This document shows positions 22,483-34,624 of a stretch of DNA of 34,624 nt, piece by piece (within the stretch, counting starts at the first letter, position 1; the number at the start of each line of letters is the position of its first letter). Under the pieces are notes generated by a model, which saw nothing but the letters and a program-made list of their open reading frames with translations, was not told where the DNA came from and did no database searches. Origin of the DNA: Octopus bimaculoides (lineage: Eukaryota); contig NC_068997.1 of assembly GCF_001194135.2 (NCBI RefSeq), positions 17,653,965 to 17,688,588 on the forward strand, given 5' to 3'. The position numbers and the translations under genes are program-made.

Positions 22483-24582
22483 ATAATCGTTTGGTTCTTT
22501 TCTCCGTGCCAGCTCGCTTTTCATATCAACTAGTCATTATGTCAATTTTGTTACATTGTCTCTGTCTAATCTATGAATTTATTTAAATCAAACCCTGACG
22601 AAGAAGGGCAGAGCCTTGAGACTCTGAAAATAACTGAGAAGCTAAATTGTTTCATAAGATCCAAATGTTTTTAAATATTTTATAATGCGCAAATTTTGAG
22701 AACCATTTTCACCATTCATATAGAAATTATTTCGAAGAGTCGTTTACCTGTTTGTTCGTAGTGTATTTAAATGAAAAAGAAAAACTGATATTCCCAAAGT
22801 GTATGCGCTTACATGCGTGCATAGTTATGTACGTGCTTGTGTATATATCTAAGAATATCTTCTCGTAACTGAATGCATCAGTATATACCTACCTTTCACA
22901 TTGAGCAAGTTTCTTCTACTGTAAACACAACGCCACCATCGACATATGTATATCTGTATATGTGCGTGTTGTGTGTATATATGTGAATGTTTATTTACAT
23001 CTATAATTAAAAAGGGTTATAAAAAACCTGTTATTTCTTTTTACACTTAATACCAGGTAGATTTGCGATTAACAAACACGGATTTGTATTTTGCAAACAA
23101 CTTGCAGATTCAAGTGCTATCAGTTGAAAGATCCGCATACTGGATGCTATCAAGATTATGGGTTCATCAGGAGAGAATGCGGGCTTTATCGGAGCCTGCC
23201 TCTCGGCGGCATCATTGTGCACCGACCCCACTCATTGAAATGTGGTCCCGCTTGCTAGCTTAACTGGTTACGAGGTTTCGCTCAAAGTTCTACTAATGGT
23301 TTGGATATCACTCATGGTGGTATTTGCTTCACGAGGAGTTGGACCTGGCGATAACACTGTATATAACGAGTCGATTATATCAGATTTTAATTTTTAAATT
23401 CTCCGCTTTCCAGCTTCCGTCTTCACATTCCTCGTGGAGGTTTTCTTAACGGCCAATCTTTCGAGCCCGACTGATTATTAAACCTTATAAAGAAGCAGGG
23501 ACCTTAGTCTCCAAAAAACCTACCCTTAAAAATTGTATTCCGGCCTAACTCTAATGCAAGGAATGAAACCAGTTAAAGAATATAATGTATGTTTATATGC
23601 ACAGGTATATGTGCATGTATGCATGTATCATTATACGCACACAAACATGCTTATACATACCCATATATACACACATATGTATGTATTAAAAGGATAATAA
23701 TTTTCGATCTTTACCAATTGCTGTCGTTTCTAAATATGTATGATCATAAGCAAAGGGCATAATAAAACGCGTAAGAAATGAACTGAAATGAAAAGAATAT
23801 TAAGTTAGAATTGCAAAATGGTGTTTCTTCATAAGCAAATCTTTCTACAATGTGGATTTGGTTCGATGAACTGTCTTTCGTTGGTACTCTGTGTAAGCTG
23901 GATCTAATAATATAAATATCTATATATTTACACTTAAATATTCATCCACTTATATACATATTTTGTATTTCACATCCAAATTGTCATATTTAATATACTT
24001 AATTTCTTCATCCGTATATTTGCTTCTACTTATATTAATAAATATATATAAGCTGTGTGTTTATGTTGATGACAAAATTGTGTCCCATTTGTTTTGTATG
24101 GCAATATAGAGCATCATTAGTGAAGTTAAAAAGGATGGTTTATGTCGGTTACCAATATTCATTAACGCAAAAATATTTGTTTACATATTAAAAGTATTGT
24201 AGGTTCTTTCAAACGAAAAAAAAACATAGCTGCTTTCTTCAAACAAGTGATAATTCTAGCATCTGGAATCATTCTAAAGACTATGAGAATATCCTTTCTT
24301 ATGAGGTAATATTACATGTATACGGAAATGTGTAAACATACAAACTGCACGTGTTGAAGAGAATTTTGTGTATTTATACTTAATCCGGTTTTCGTGTACT
24401 ACTTACTTTATCGATTCCAGGAGGAGAAGAAACGACATTCATATGTAGGAAATATCAACACAGAATGTAAAGAAAATGTGATGTTACGTGAAGGTATATT
24501 TTCTGTTGAAGTGCGTATTTCTGATCTGATTCTGTAGTCCAGAGAAAAGTTGATGATGGCGATAACAATAATGACGGTGTTG

Positions 24583-24738
24583 AGGAGGAGTAAGGGGAGG
24601 AGGAGGAGGAGGAGGAGGTAGTTGAGTACGTGTTGGTGAAGATAGAGTAAGATATGGTGAAGGAGGAAGAGGAGGATATGAAGGAGGAGGAGGAGAATGA
24701 TGATGATGATGATCATCACGACGACGACGACGACGACG
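24583..24738. repeat. Compound (GAG)n-(GAT)n-(GAC)n trinucleotide tract
   Basis: Direct reading; gives the poly-Leu/Ile ORF 24408..24719. Confidence 0.9.
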
Positions 24739-24739
24739 G

Positions 24740-24783
24740 TGCTAAAGGCGGTGCTCCAGCATGGCCACAGTCAAATGACTGAA
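24740..24783 (+). mobile_element. SINE family 1 extreme 3' end fragment
   Basis: CTAAAGGCGGTGCTCCAGCATGGCCACAGTCAAATGACTGAA matches 3940-3982; ends at a 10-N gap. Confidence 0.85.
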
Positions 24784-24845
24784 NNNNNNNNNNGTACAAC
24801 AACATCTGTTTCAACACACGATTTCACATAAAAAATCTTGCAAAC

Positions 24846-24884
<39 letters not shown>

Positions 24885-26126
24885 AAACTTATATATACAT
24901 ATATGTGTGTGTGTGTGTTAAAGAGAAAGATAACAATATTCAATATCACTGTGGACCATAACAGTTTTGAATAGCAAGAGAAGCTCCATTTGATTAAGAG
25001 CAGTTTCGCCCATGTAACGTTCCCCAAACAGAATACACTTCGATAGTAACAAAATAATATCGTCCTGAAACCGACCAATCGTATATTCCCGCCCATCTAC
25101 AATTACACGAAGAGTTTTTTTCCTATGTCATCTTTCTTTTATACGTTTGATGGGCTCAACAACAGGGTAACTCCACATAATGCAAGTAATGGGAGCAGCG
25201 AAAATATGTGTAAGTGTCTGTATATATGTGTATGTAGTTTTCGCTTTTTTTTTAGTATGTGTTGTCTCTCGTGTTCTTTGTATGTATCGCTTGACGAGAC
25301 GATGAGAATAAATTTGGTGCATGTTTGTATTAAACACACATACACACATAAACGCATTCTTATTTATTACAGCTTATGAAACATTGCGAAATATACCCCA
25401 TATATATAAATACAAACAATTATGTACATGCAAAGAACTACACATTATATAGTTCTTCAAATTCAATAATAATAACTATACATGTTCACATCGAAAATAT
25501 GGAAGCATTAATATACACACGCAAATATTTTATAAATAACATATATTCATACGCATGTGTGAACGTGCGTGTGTATGGATGTTTATTTTGAAATTCATGT
25601 GAGAAAGACAGATGAAAATTCAAAAAAATACAAGTTTACGCTTGTAATTATATACATATATGTATTATTAGATATACGTGGCCATATATTTTTATGCATT
25701 GCGAGATGTATGGAGATCAATTGTTCAGTTAACTTGATTAGCAAAAAAAAAAAAAAATTAAAATAAATAATAATAATAATAGTAATAATAATAAAATAAA
25801 AAACAAGAAAACTTTATAAACACAGTAAATATATAAACTGAAGATTTCATGAAAATTGAAGGATGTCAGAATTTAAATATGGTAAACTGCATTAAATTTA
25901 ATAAGTGAACAAAGTACGAAAACTCGATTTTCCCTCTAAGATATACATAATAATGACAACAACAAAAGCAAGAATAACACACAAACAATATTGTTCTACC
26001 CATGATCTCTACAATGTATATACTTGTATATGTATATATACATACAGGCATACATATGCCTGTTTGTGTGACTGTGTTTGTATGCATCTATGCGTATTTG
26101 TCAGTATAGCGTATGTTGTATGTATA

Positions 26127-26157
<31 letters not shown>

Positions 26158-27549
26158 NNNNNNNNNNNNNNNNNNNNNNNNNNNNNNNNNNNNNNNNNNN
26201 NNNNNNNNNNNNNNNNNNNNNNNNNNNNNNNNNNNNNNNNNNNNNNNNNNNNNNNNNNNNNNNNNNNNNNNNNNNNNNNNNNNNNNNNNNNNNNNNNNNN
26301 NNNNNNNNNNNNNNNNNNNNNNNNNNNNNNNNNNNNNNNNNNNNNNNNNNNNNNNNNNNNNNNNNNNNNNNNNNNNNNNNNTATATATATATTTGTATGT
26401 ATGTGTATGAGTATACATATGTGTATGTATACAATTATGCATAATATACACAAATACACATATACATGTAGTAGGAGACTCTTGTCAATAGGCAAACAAA
26501 CAAGTATATTGCATATGCGTGTCTCTGTGTACGTGTTTGTAACTGTTCATTTGTCTGTGTGTGATTGCTTGCATGTGCACACGCGTGTGCATGTGCGTGC
26601 GCGTGTGTATGTATGTACGTGTGTGCGTGGTGTATGTATGTATATGTCTAGGTGTATATGATTGCGTAAACAAGTTAGTGTAAAAAAAAATTATATGAAG
26701 TTAGACGATATGCAGAATGGTACAAAATAGCGAGAGAAAGGATAATGCCTGGAAATTATTGTTTTCTACAATGAAGTAGAATATTATGTTACACTAAAAT
26801 TGTATGAGGCATACTCGAGAAAATGTCAAGAATTTTGAAATGGTGGATTTCAACTGAAGAAAGAGATATTTTGTAATGCACTAGAACTAAAAGAGATAAA
26901 CAGGGGATAAGAAAAATACATGAGTACGGCAAAAAACAAACCGTATTTACAAAAATAAATATGTATATTTATACAAAATATAATTTACAACTAAAACAAA
27001 TATGCAGGTCTTTCCTATATTTATGTAGTTATTAATTTTTGCTTTTTCATATTTTTGAAGGAAATGCTGCTAGTTTAAAGGTATATGATCTCATTTTACA
27101 TTTCCTTAAAATTATTAGTGTTATTCCGTCTTATTCCGTCTTATTCCGTAATAATATACAGCTTTCAAGTTTACTAGTATTTTATTCAAACTTACCAAAT
27201 GATAAGGAGACATGATAAAGAACGCAATGTGTTTCAGATATATGAGAAATTTGCAGACGTATTGTCTCTAAACTCTAACCAGAAATGAATGGCATTCCCA
27301 CATATACATAATCTATCCGCATCTAACTGACAGCCAGTCTGTCTGCCTGTCTGTCTGTCTATTTATTTATCTATCAACCTGTATCTCCCCCGTCACTCAC
27401 TTTACATAAGTGTGTGTATGCCTATGTATGAGACTGCGTGTGTTGTGAGTGTGTAAATGTGTAAATGCGTGTGTGTATGTGTGCATGCTTTTTATAGATG
27501 AAAATATAATCACATGCGGATCGTTGGCGATTTTTTCCTCCGTCTCCTA

Positions 27550-27583
27550 TTTCTGAAGAAGAGCTTTGCTCGAAGCGTAAAAA
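27550..27583 (+). ncRNA. Minimal hammerhead-ribozyme-like motif within a Penelope-like repeat fragment
   Basis: TTT-CTGAAGA-A-GAGC(TTT)GCTC-GAAG-CG-TA-AAA: 4-bp stem II, GUA triplet, 3-bp stem I. One core substitution (GAAG instead of GAAA). Confidence 0.6.
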
Positions 27584-27616
27584 CTACCTTTCTTTTCTTT
27601 CCTGAACATCTGCTAG

Positions 27617-27668
27617 GCTAATACTTTGCATGTAATACGTCCTGGCGTGGTACATGCAAAGTTTTAGC
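27617..27668. repeat. 18-bp inverted repeat (hairpin)
   Basis: GCTAATACTTTGCATGTA (27617-27634) pairs with TACATGCAAAGTTTTAGC (27651-27668) at 17/18 positions around a 16-nt spacer. Confidence 0.9.
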
Positions 27669-27764
27669 GGACACCCATCTATATTGGTCAATACAATGAC
27701 CATGACTATATTGTATTACAAAGAAATCTGCAGGCCATGTCCTCGGTTGAAATTCGCAAACTAG

Positions 27765-27818
27765 CCACGGGATTGCACCTAGGAAGTTTCCCTCCCAGGC
27801 ACAAGTCCGGGCAAGGTT
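27765..27818 (-). mobile_element. SINE family 4 (or partner LINE) 3' tail fragment
   Basis: CCACGGGATTGCACCTAGGAAGTTTCCCTCCCAGGCACAAGTCCGGGCAAGGTT closely matches about 19139-19192. Confidence 0.8.
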
Positions 27819-27845
27819 ATATCGATATACATATACATGAATACA

Positions 27846-27902
<57 letters not shown>

Positions 27903-30100
27903 NNNNNNNNNNNNNNNNNNNNNNNNNNNNNNNNNNNNNNNNNNNNNNNNNNNNNNNNNNNNNNNNNNNNNNNNNNNNNNNNNNNNNNNNNNNNNNNNNN
28001 NNNNNNNNNNNNNNNNNNNNNNNNNNNNNNNNNNNNNNNNNNNNNNNNNNNNNNNNNNNNNNNNNNNNNNNNNNNNNNNNNNNNNNNNNNNNNNNNNNNN
28101 NNNNNNNNNNNNNNNNNNNNNNNNNNNNNNNNNNNNNNNNNNNNNNNNNNNNNNNNNNNNNNNNNNNNNNNNNNNNNNNNNNNNNNNNNNNNNNNNNNNN
28201 NNNNNNNNNNNNNNNNNNNNNNNNNNNNNNNNNNNNNNNNNNNNNNNNNNNNNNNNNNNNNNNNNNNNNNNNNNNNNNNNNNNNNNNNNNNNNNNNNNNN
28301 NNNNNNNNNNNNNNNNNNNNNNNNNNNNNNNNNNNNNNNNNNNNNNNNNNNNNNNNNNNNNNNNNNNNNNNNNNNNNNNNNNNNNNNNNNNNNNNNNNNN
28401 NNNNNNNNNNNNNNNNNNNNNNNNNNNNNNNNNNNNNNNNNNNNNNNNNNNNNNNNNNNNNNNNNNNNNNNNNNNNNNNNNNNNNNNNNNNNNNNNNNNN
28501 NNNNNNNNNNNNNNNNNNNNNNNNNNNNNNNNNNNNNNNNNNNNNNNNNNNNNNNNNNNNNNNNNNNNNNNNNNNNNNNNNNNNNNNNNNNNNNNNNNNN
28601 NNNNNNNNNNNNNNNNNNNNNNNNNNNNNNNNNNNNNNNNNNTATTACTATTATTATTATTATTGTTATTATTGTCTTTTGGAAAAGTGACAACACATGG
28701 ATAACTCATTATACGCTTTTAAGCATCCCAAAACTCTGATAATTTAAATACCTGCTTGTCCCCTACATTAGCCAGCAGCATCTAATCTAGTCCTCCATGA
28801 TTAACGTTCATACATTTTGAATGATGATCAACATGTGAAAATCTAATTTAGATCTCCTTGTATCGGATTGTTTTTCTTACCCTTCGTACAAACATCGTCT
28901 TTAACCTTACCCCTTATAATTTTTAGAAGTTTTTGCTTGCTTCTTTTCTGTTTTATTTTTGTTTAGCCCATTTCCCTGTTTTTTACTGTGTTTTTATTTT
29001 CTTTTTTTCTTTACATTCTTTCGTTATAATCGCTACAAAATACGAATCGCCTATCACTTATTGTATGGCTGATGTAAAATCCATCTGGAAAAATCTGGCA
29101 GAGAAAAATTATTTTAAGATTTGAGAAAACAAGATTCCTGTTTAATATTATAGTTTATTTTATATTAGTTTAGTTTATTATTTTACTTTATTTCCTTTTT
29201 TAAATTTTTACTTCTTATTTACTTTTTTACTTATCTATCCACTGCGTACAAAATTTATTCTCCAAAGAGCTTAATATCTAACTGAAGTAGAACTTCAACC
29301 ATCGTTCGTCTTACATTCAGCTATGCATTACTAGGTACTTATGAGGCAGACATGTCTTTTTTATAAAGTGTAAAGTCAAGCAGAGAGAATTCACTTCTTT
29401 ATGTTGTTTTAATCTTTTGTTAAACATTGAATTGATGACCAAAGTTCAATTCGAAATCAGAACTTTAAAATATAACCAGCCATCGCGAGAGCCTTTATCA
29501 ATTTGTACCACAAAACAGCTTATATTGGATTATCGAATTCTATCGTAGAAATACCAAATTGCTTACATTATTTCAATCCATAAAATTATCGGTCGGATAG
29601 ATCAATTCCACTTAGAAGGATTCCCATGAACGTTCAAGTAACAGTTAAAATGCTGAGGAGAAATATTCCATATTTTATAATTCTTCTGAATACTAGACCT
29701 CAGCATCGAACGAAGTAATCTTGTAAATCATCCCATATGTGGATGGATTTATAATAGATGGAGTCTAACTACATAACTCACAGATATCTATACATAAAAT
29801 ATCGAGTGACAGGAAGGAACGCCTTGCGTTTTTTTTTTAAAGTATCTCGACGCGTTCAGTTCAATTTCCGTTCAGGTCAATTTCCATCTTTGTAAGATTC
29901 AAAGTTAAATTACCGGTGCAGCTTTCTTTTTCTTCAGCATATCTTTTCATTCTGTCGCAGACGAATGGTCAATGCAGTGTGACAATATGTTACTGTAGTA
30001 GCGTAAAGTGGGACATTTAAACATATACAAAAAAGGTAGGAGAAATAATCCAGAATAGCTAGCACCAGTATGTGAAGAATAAAAAAGAATATGTGTATAC

Positions 30101-30141
<41 letters not shown>

Positions 30142-31355
30142 TATATATATAATGTATTTTACAATATATTCAACGCAGATAATATTAATAATATATGCAA
30201 AGTTAATATTTTAAACTGATAGTGAAGTAAAGTAAGTCAAATTAAAACATTTTACAACATTATAAGAAAATGAAAAGTAATCAATGAAACTCTTGGAAAT
30301 CTATAGCAAGTTACGATTTCCATGGAAAAGGTGACTTTGATGCTATCTGGAAAGACAAAACCTAATCTACTTACTTACAGAGCATCCATTACAAAAATGA
30401 AAGAAATTCAGAGACAAATTATATCTGTCTGAATGACATACAGAATCTCTTAGGTAACTTACATCTGAACATATTTCTTTACTAAGATGTAACTAGACTA
30501 TAAAATATATATTTTATGTAACCACTCACTAAATCTGACATATTGCAAAAAAATAAATATAAAATAAAATTACAAACTAAAAAATAAATAATAAACAGGC
30601 ATAAAATATGCAAAAATCTTTGTTCTTCGAGTCGTGTTTTAATAGCGTTCACATCAGACCGAATCTAAATCTATATATTTTTTTTATTTCTTATATTTTG
30701 TACTTTTGTGTAAGTGCGTGTATGTGAGTCTGTGTAGGTGTTAGTTGATTTCTGTCTCTCTAAGGTTTTCTTTTTTTATATATTTCTTTTGCATTTCTTT
30801 TTTTTTTCTTTCACTCTTCTTTTTCTTTCTTTTTTTTTTTTTGTTGTACACTCTATATAACAAAACCTCTTAGCTAACTACATATATTTTTTCGTTTCCG
30901 TTTTAACACATTTCGCGGTTTCCAATTCAGAAGATCATCTCATTTTCATTTCGTAAGTAACATTTTCGTTTCCTGTCTACTTCATAGGAAATTGATCTTT
31001 TATCATTAGCGGTTGCTGGTTCATGTTTAGTAGTTAGAGTAACAATCATAAAATACATATATGAACTCATGTGTATACTTTTATCACATTATTAAACATG
31101 TGCGTAATAGCAAAAATATTCTTGGGAGGAGAACTAAAGTATTTCACATTTTGAAATAATTTTACGTTTTATCTTATCTCATGATAAGTTCCATGTAGTT
31201 TTTCTCAATCGTTCAATTTAAGTACAGAGTAGAAATTACAACGAACTACAATAACTTCAAAGAACATGAAAACCATTCTTACAAACGTACATTTCAATTT
31301 AAATGTCCTAACAATCTCATACGAAGTGATACGTAAACTACTTTCTAATTTAGAC

Positions 31356-31530
31356 ACAAAGCAGCAATTTTGAAGGAAGATTTTCGATGGATACGATCGT
31401 CTGCAGTACTTGACTGGTACTTTAGGTTCTCGAACGCAGAGGGTTAACAGGCAAAGTTAGCTTCAGCAGGATTTAAAGTTTGAATGAAAAGTGCAGATTC
31501 AAATATCGCAATGCATTTTTCCGACGCTCT
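31356..31530 (-). mobile_element. SINE family 3, old diverged copy
   Basis: CAGTACTTGACTGGTACTT...GGCAAAGTTAGCTTCAGCAGGATTT is the reverse-complement counterpart of the core at 31915-32000. Confidence 0.7.
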
Positions 31531-31892
31531 ACTTATTCTGCCATTTCACTACCATGATGTTCTGACATTATAGAAAACGTGTAGTGAAAGCAGAAATCAT
31601 CAGTTATTATTGAACAAATAACCTGAAATGTGTAAATTACTATTACTCATAATAATGGCCTTCGTCTGTTAAATACTGCCAGGAATCTTATCCGTAGATT
31701 CAAAGGTTGCATAGAATCATAGGTATAAATAAAGGAGATTAAGCAGACTGAATTTCTAAAGTGTTGGAAAATGTGCTTTGTGATACTTGTTCTATCGTTT
31801 AGGTCATAATAGTAGACTCAATATTGTTGCCCTTGCGATTTCATCAAAAAGCATTAAAGCGTATCTGATTGTAATAAAATAAAATACATATC

Positions 31893-32059
31893 TTCATCTG
31901 TCTTTACTTTCTGAGTTCAAATTCCGCCGAGGTCGCATTTGCCTTTCATCCTTTTAGAATCGACAAATTAAGTACCAGTTTCGTACTGGTATCGATCTAA
32001 TTGACTGGCTCCTTCCCCCCAAATTTCGGTATTGTGCCTAGAATAGTAAAGAATATAAG
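31893..32059 (+). mobile_element. SINE family 3, 5'-truncated, with a 9-bp TSD
   Basis: CTGAGTTCAAATTCCGCCGAGGTCGCATTTGCCTTTCATCCTTTTAGAATCGACAAATTAAGTACCAG core. ATACATATC occurs at 31884-31892 and 32060-32068. Confidence 0.88.
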
Positions 32060-32261
32060 ATACATATCAAATGTCCAGCTTAATATATTCTGAATTTTTC
32101 CACTAGTTTTTTAATACGCTTCTATATTTCTTAAATGCGCCTCTGAATTTGAAACGTGACAGTCCTTGCTAGTTACCACCATTACCACCTCTATTATCCA
32201 AAATAAAACCATGACAATAAAATGGTTGGTAATTTCAATGACAATGAAGAGCAAAAGGCAG

Positions 32262-32460
32262 AATAATTAGAGCGTCGGAAAAATGCTTTGCGATATTTGA
32301 ATCTACACTTTTCATTCAGACTTCAAATCCGGCTGAAGGTAAATCTGTCGGTCAACCCTCCGCACTCGACGAACGAAAGTACCAGTCAAGTACTAGAGTC
32401 TATTGTATCCATCGAAAATCTTCCTCCTAAATCGTTGGATTGTACCTAAATTAGAGATTA
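32262..32460 (+). mobile_element. SINE family 3, old diverged copy
   Basis: TTAGAGCGTCGGAAAAATGCTTTGCG head, TTCAAATCC B-box-like segment and AAGTACCAGTCAAGTACTAG core. Confidence 0.7.
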
Positions 32461-33117
32461 GTTTACGTATGAATTCGTATGAGATTGTGGAAGTGAACAC
32501 ATTATTTCAAGCTGTTCATCTTAAGATTTACCGGCATCTGAGCGGAGCTATGAATAAAAGTATTACAGTCATACCTGCTTTGTAATTAGAAAGAAGGAAA
32601 GAGAATATCTGGAAGAAATTTGCTAGTTTATTCATGCCGTGAAAGCAACCATGAAAATATCCACCCACTTTTTGGTCTGTAAAAAATGGTTACAGACTTC
32701 AAGTTCTCAAAATAATTCAATGCCAGAATAAAGGAGTTGCATTTGTTAATTTGCTTGTTTCTCAAGAAAATTCTTTCCCTTTTCTTTAATTTTATGGGTT
32801 TATTTATTTTGTTTTAGATTTTAACCTTCCTCTCTAATTCAAAAAAGGCCATCCTGGTTCACTTAGGTACCTGAATCTGACGAGAAATGGTTGGTTTCTC
32901 CTGCGATTTCAATTAGATCCCCTCCGATAAAGTGATCCCTTTCGTTGTAAGCACGCACAAACATATTTTTTTCAATTATAATGCACCAAATTTCATATCT
33001 CTCATTAAAATGTTATTCATTCCAATATACATATTAATCAAATATACTAACGTCAAAAAATTAATAAATTAATAAATCGCAGGCTTTCCAACAATACCTG
33101 CATTACGAATTGCACAC

Positions 33118-33169
<52 letters not shown>

Positions 33170-33177
33170 ATGTAGGT

Positions 33178-33258
33178 ATATAGCCGTAAATGGTTAGTGC
33201 GTAGGGCTCACAATCGTGAGGTAGCAAGTTCGATTCCCAGGTTGTGTGTTGTGTTCTT
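33178..33258 (+). mobile_element. SINE family 4 head fragment
   Basis: TGGTTAGTGCGTAGGGCTCACAATCGTGAGGTAGCAAGTTCGATTCCCAGG is the counterpart of the 19370-19430 head; B-box GTTCGATTCC is intact. Confidence 0.8.
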
Positions 33259-34431
33259 ATTTTAATCTATTCAAACGCATACATATTATACATGTATGTA
33301 TATACATACATATNNNNNNNNNNNNNNNNNNNNNNNNNNNNNNNNNNNNNNNNNNNNNNNNNNNNNNNNNNNNNNNNNNNNNNNNNNNNNNNNNNNNNNN
33401 NNNNNNNNNNNNNNNNNNNNNNNNNNNNNNNNNNNNNNNNNNNNNNNNNNNNNNNNNNNNNNNNNNNNNNNNNNNNNNNNNNNNNNNNNNNNNNNNNNNN
33501 NNNNNNNNNNNNNNNNNNNNNNNNNNNNNNNNNNNNNNNNNNNNNNNNNNNNNNNNNNNNNNNNNNNNNNNNNNNNNNNNNNNNNNNNNNNNNNNNNNNN
33601 NNNNNNNNNNNNNNNNNNNNNNNNNNNNNNNNNNNNNNNNNNNNNNNNNNNACGTATTTCCTTTGGTAAACCATTTATAGACTTGTTTCCTCTGGCTATA
33701 TCATCAATACACATAGAGACACAACTGAGTTTAACATTAGCTAAGCACGTACAATTACCAATGATATCCAGCTGTAAACACTAGAACACATTTGAAACAT
33801 CTGAACACGAAAGAACATCGAAGTCAAGATGAATTATATATCTATACTACTTACAACAGTTTCTTTTTTTTTTTTCTTTTTTATTTGAACCGAAGAAATT
33901 AGAATTCAAAATGCACCGTCTCGGAAACTTATAAAATGAACATCGGATATATTGAATCGGAGTATTAAACAAGCACCAATTCTTAAATAATACCAAAACT
34001 CGAGCATCATTTTCTGAATGTTTTCTTAAGAAATATCAAATATTGCTTTGCTGTTAAATTGCATACGAATTGACAGATAACATACATAACAGGCGTGGGC
34101 AAATGCGTAATGGCACTTAGCGTGTAATATAATCTAACTTCCTAAAGCTTAAAGCTAAGAATAATGAATATGCAGTGTTATGAATGTAATTTATAAAACA
34201 GTTATGCAGAATGTTGAAAATATGTTTGAGAGAAGACATGGGTTAATGTTGTTATATATTCCACCCCGTAGATTCTCCAGTCAGCAAGTCAAGTAACACA
34301 GTTTCGTTTGGTCGTTAGCGCCTACTTACATGTACCAACCACTAATTCTAAAACTCATAAACAGATTTTCGATAATTTGCTGCAGGATATTTTGCAAACT
34401 CACCGTAACTAATTAGCTGTTATAAACACAA

Positions 34432-34469
34432 ACGCGCGCTGGCTCTCACACACGCGCGCTGGCTCTCAC

Positions 34470-34558
<89 letters not shown>

Positions 34559-34560
34559 AA
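34432..34560. repeat. 20-bp tandem duplication followed by (CA)n(TA)n
   Basis: ACGCGCGCTGGCTCTCACAC occurs twice (34432-34471), followed by the microsatellite. Confidence 0.9.
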
Positions 34561-34624
34561 ACACAAGCACTACTCACATACATAAACAAGCATTTATTCA
34601 CGCAATTATATATATACACACACA

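Noticed and set aside
32865-32970. Short frames with LRR-like YLNLTRN (plus strand) or FN3-like VRAYNE (minus strand)
   Set aside because: Six- to seven-residue motifs in short frames with no matched splice-site pair; chance is likely.

Overview
This is an AT-rich, repeat-dominated eukaryotic (animal) genomic window from a gapped short-read assembly. Twelve N-runs total about 3.7 kb and are almost all flanked by (TA)n. The SINE and LINE sequences resemble families I recall from octopus genomes, so an Octopus/coleoid origin is inferred but not proven. I cannot confidently identify any host protein-coding gene; most ORFs in the supplied track are microsatellite or N-gap artefacts. Supported content: (i) about 13 tRNA-derived SINE copies or fragments from about 4 families, three with visible target-site duplications (TSDs); (ii) 5'-truncated R4/Dong-like non-LTR retrotransposon 3' ends (three with endonuclease-domain coding remnants, one UTR-only and recognised from memory). 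They sit as two tandem stacks in (TAA)n arrays that abut the antisense (ATT)n tail of a SINE; (iii) a mariner transposase relic split by a SINE with an 11-bp TSD; (iv) two clear and two degenerate minimal hammerhead-ribozyme-like motifs of the Penelope type, one followed by an 18-bp hairpin; (v) several low-confidence candidate exons, the best encoding a sushi-to-CUB-like segment on the minus strand.
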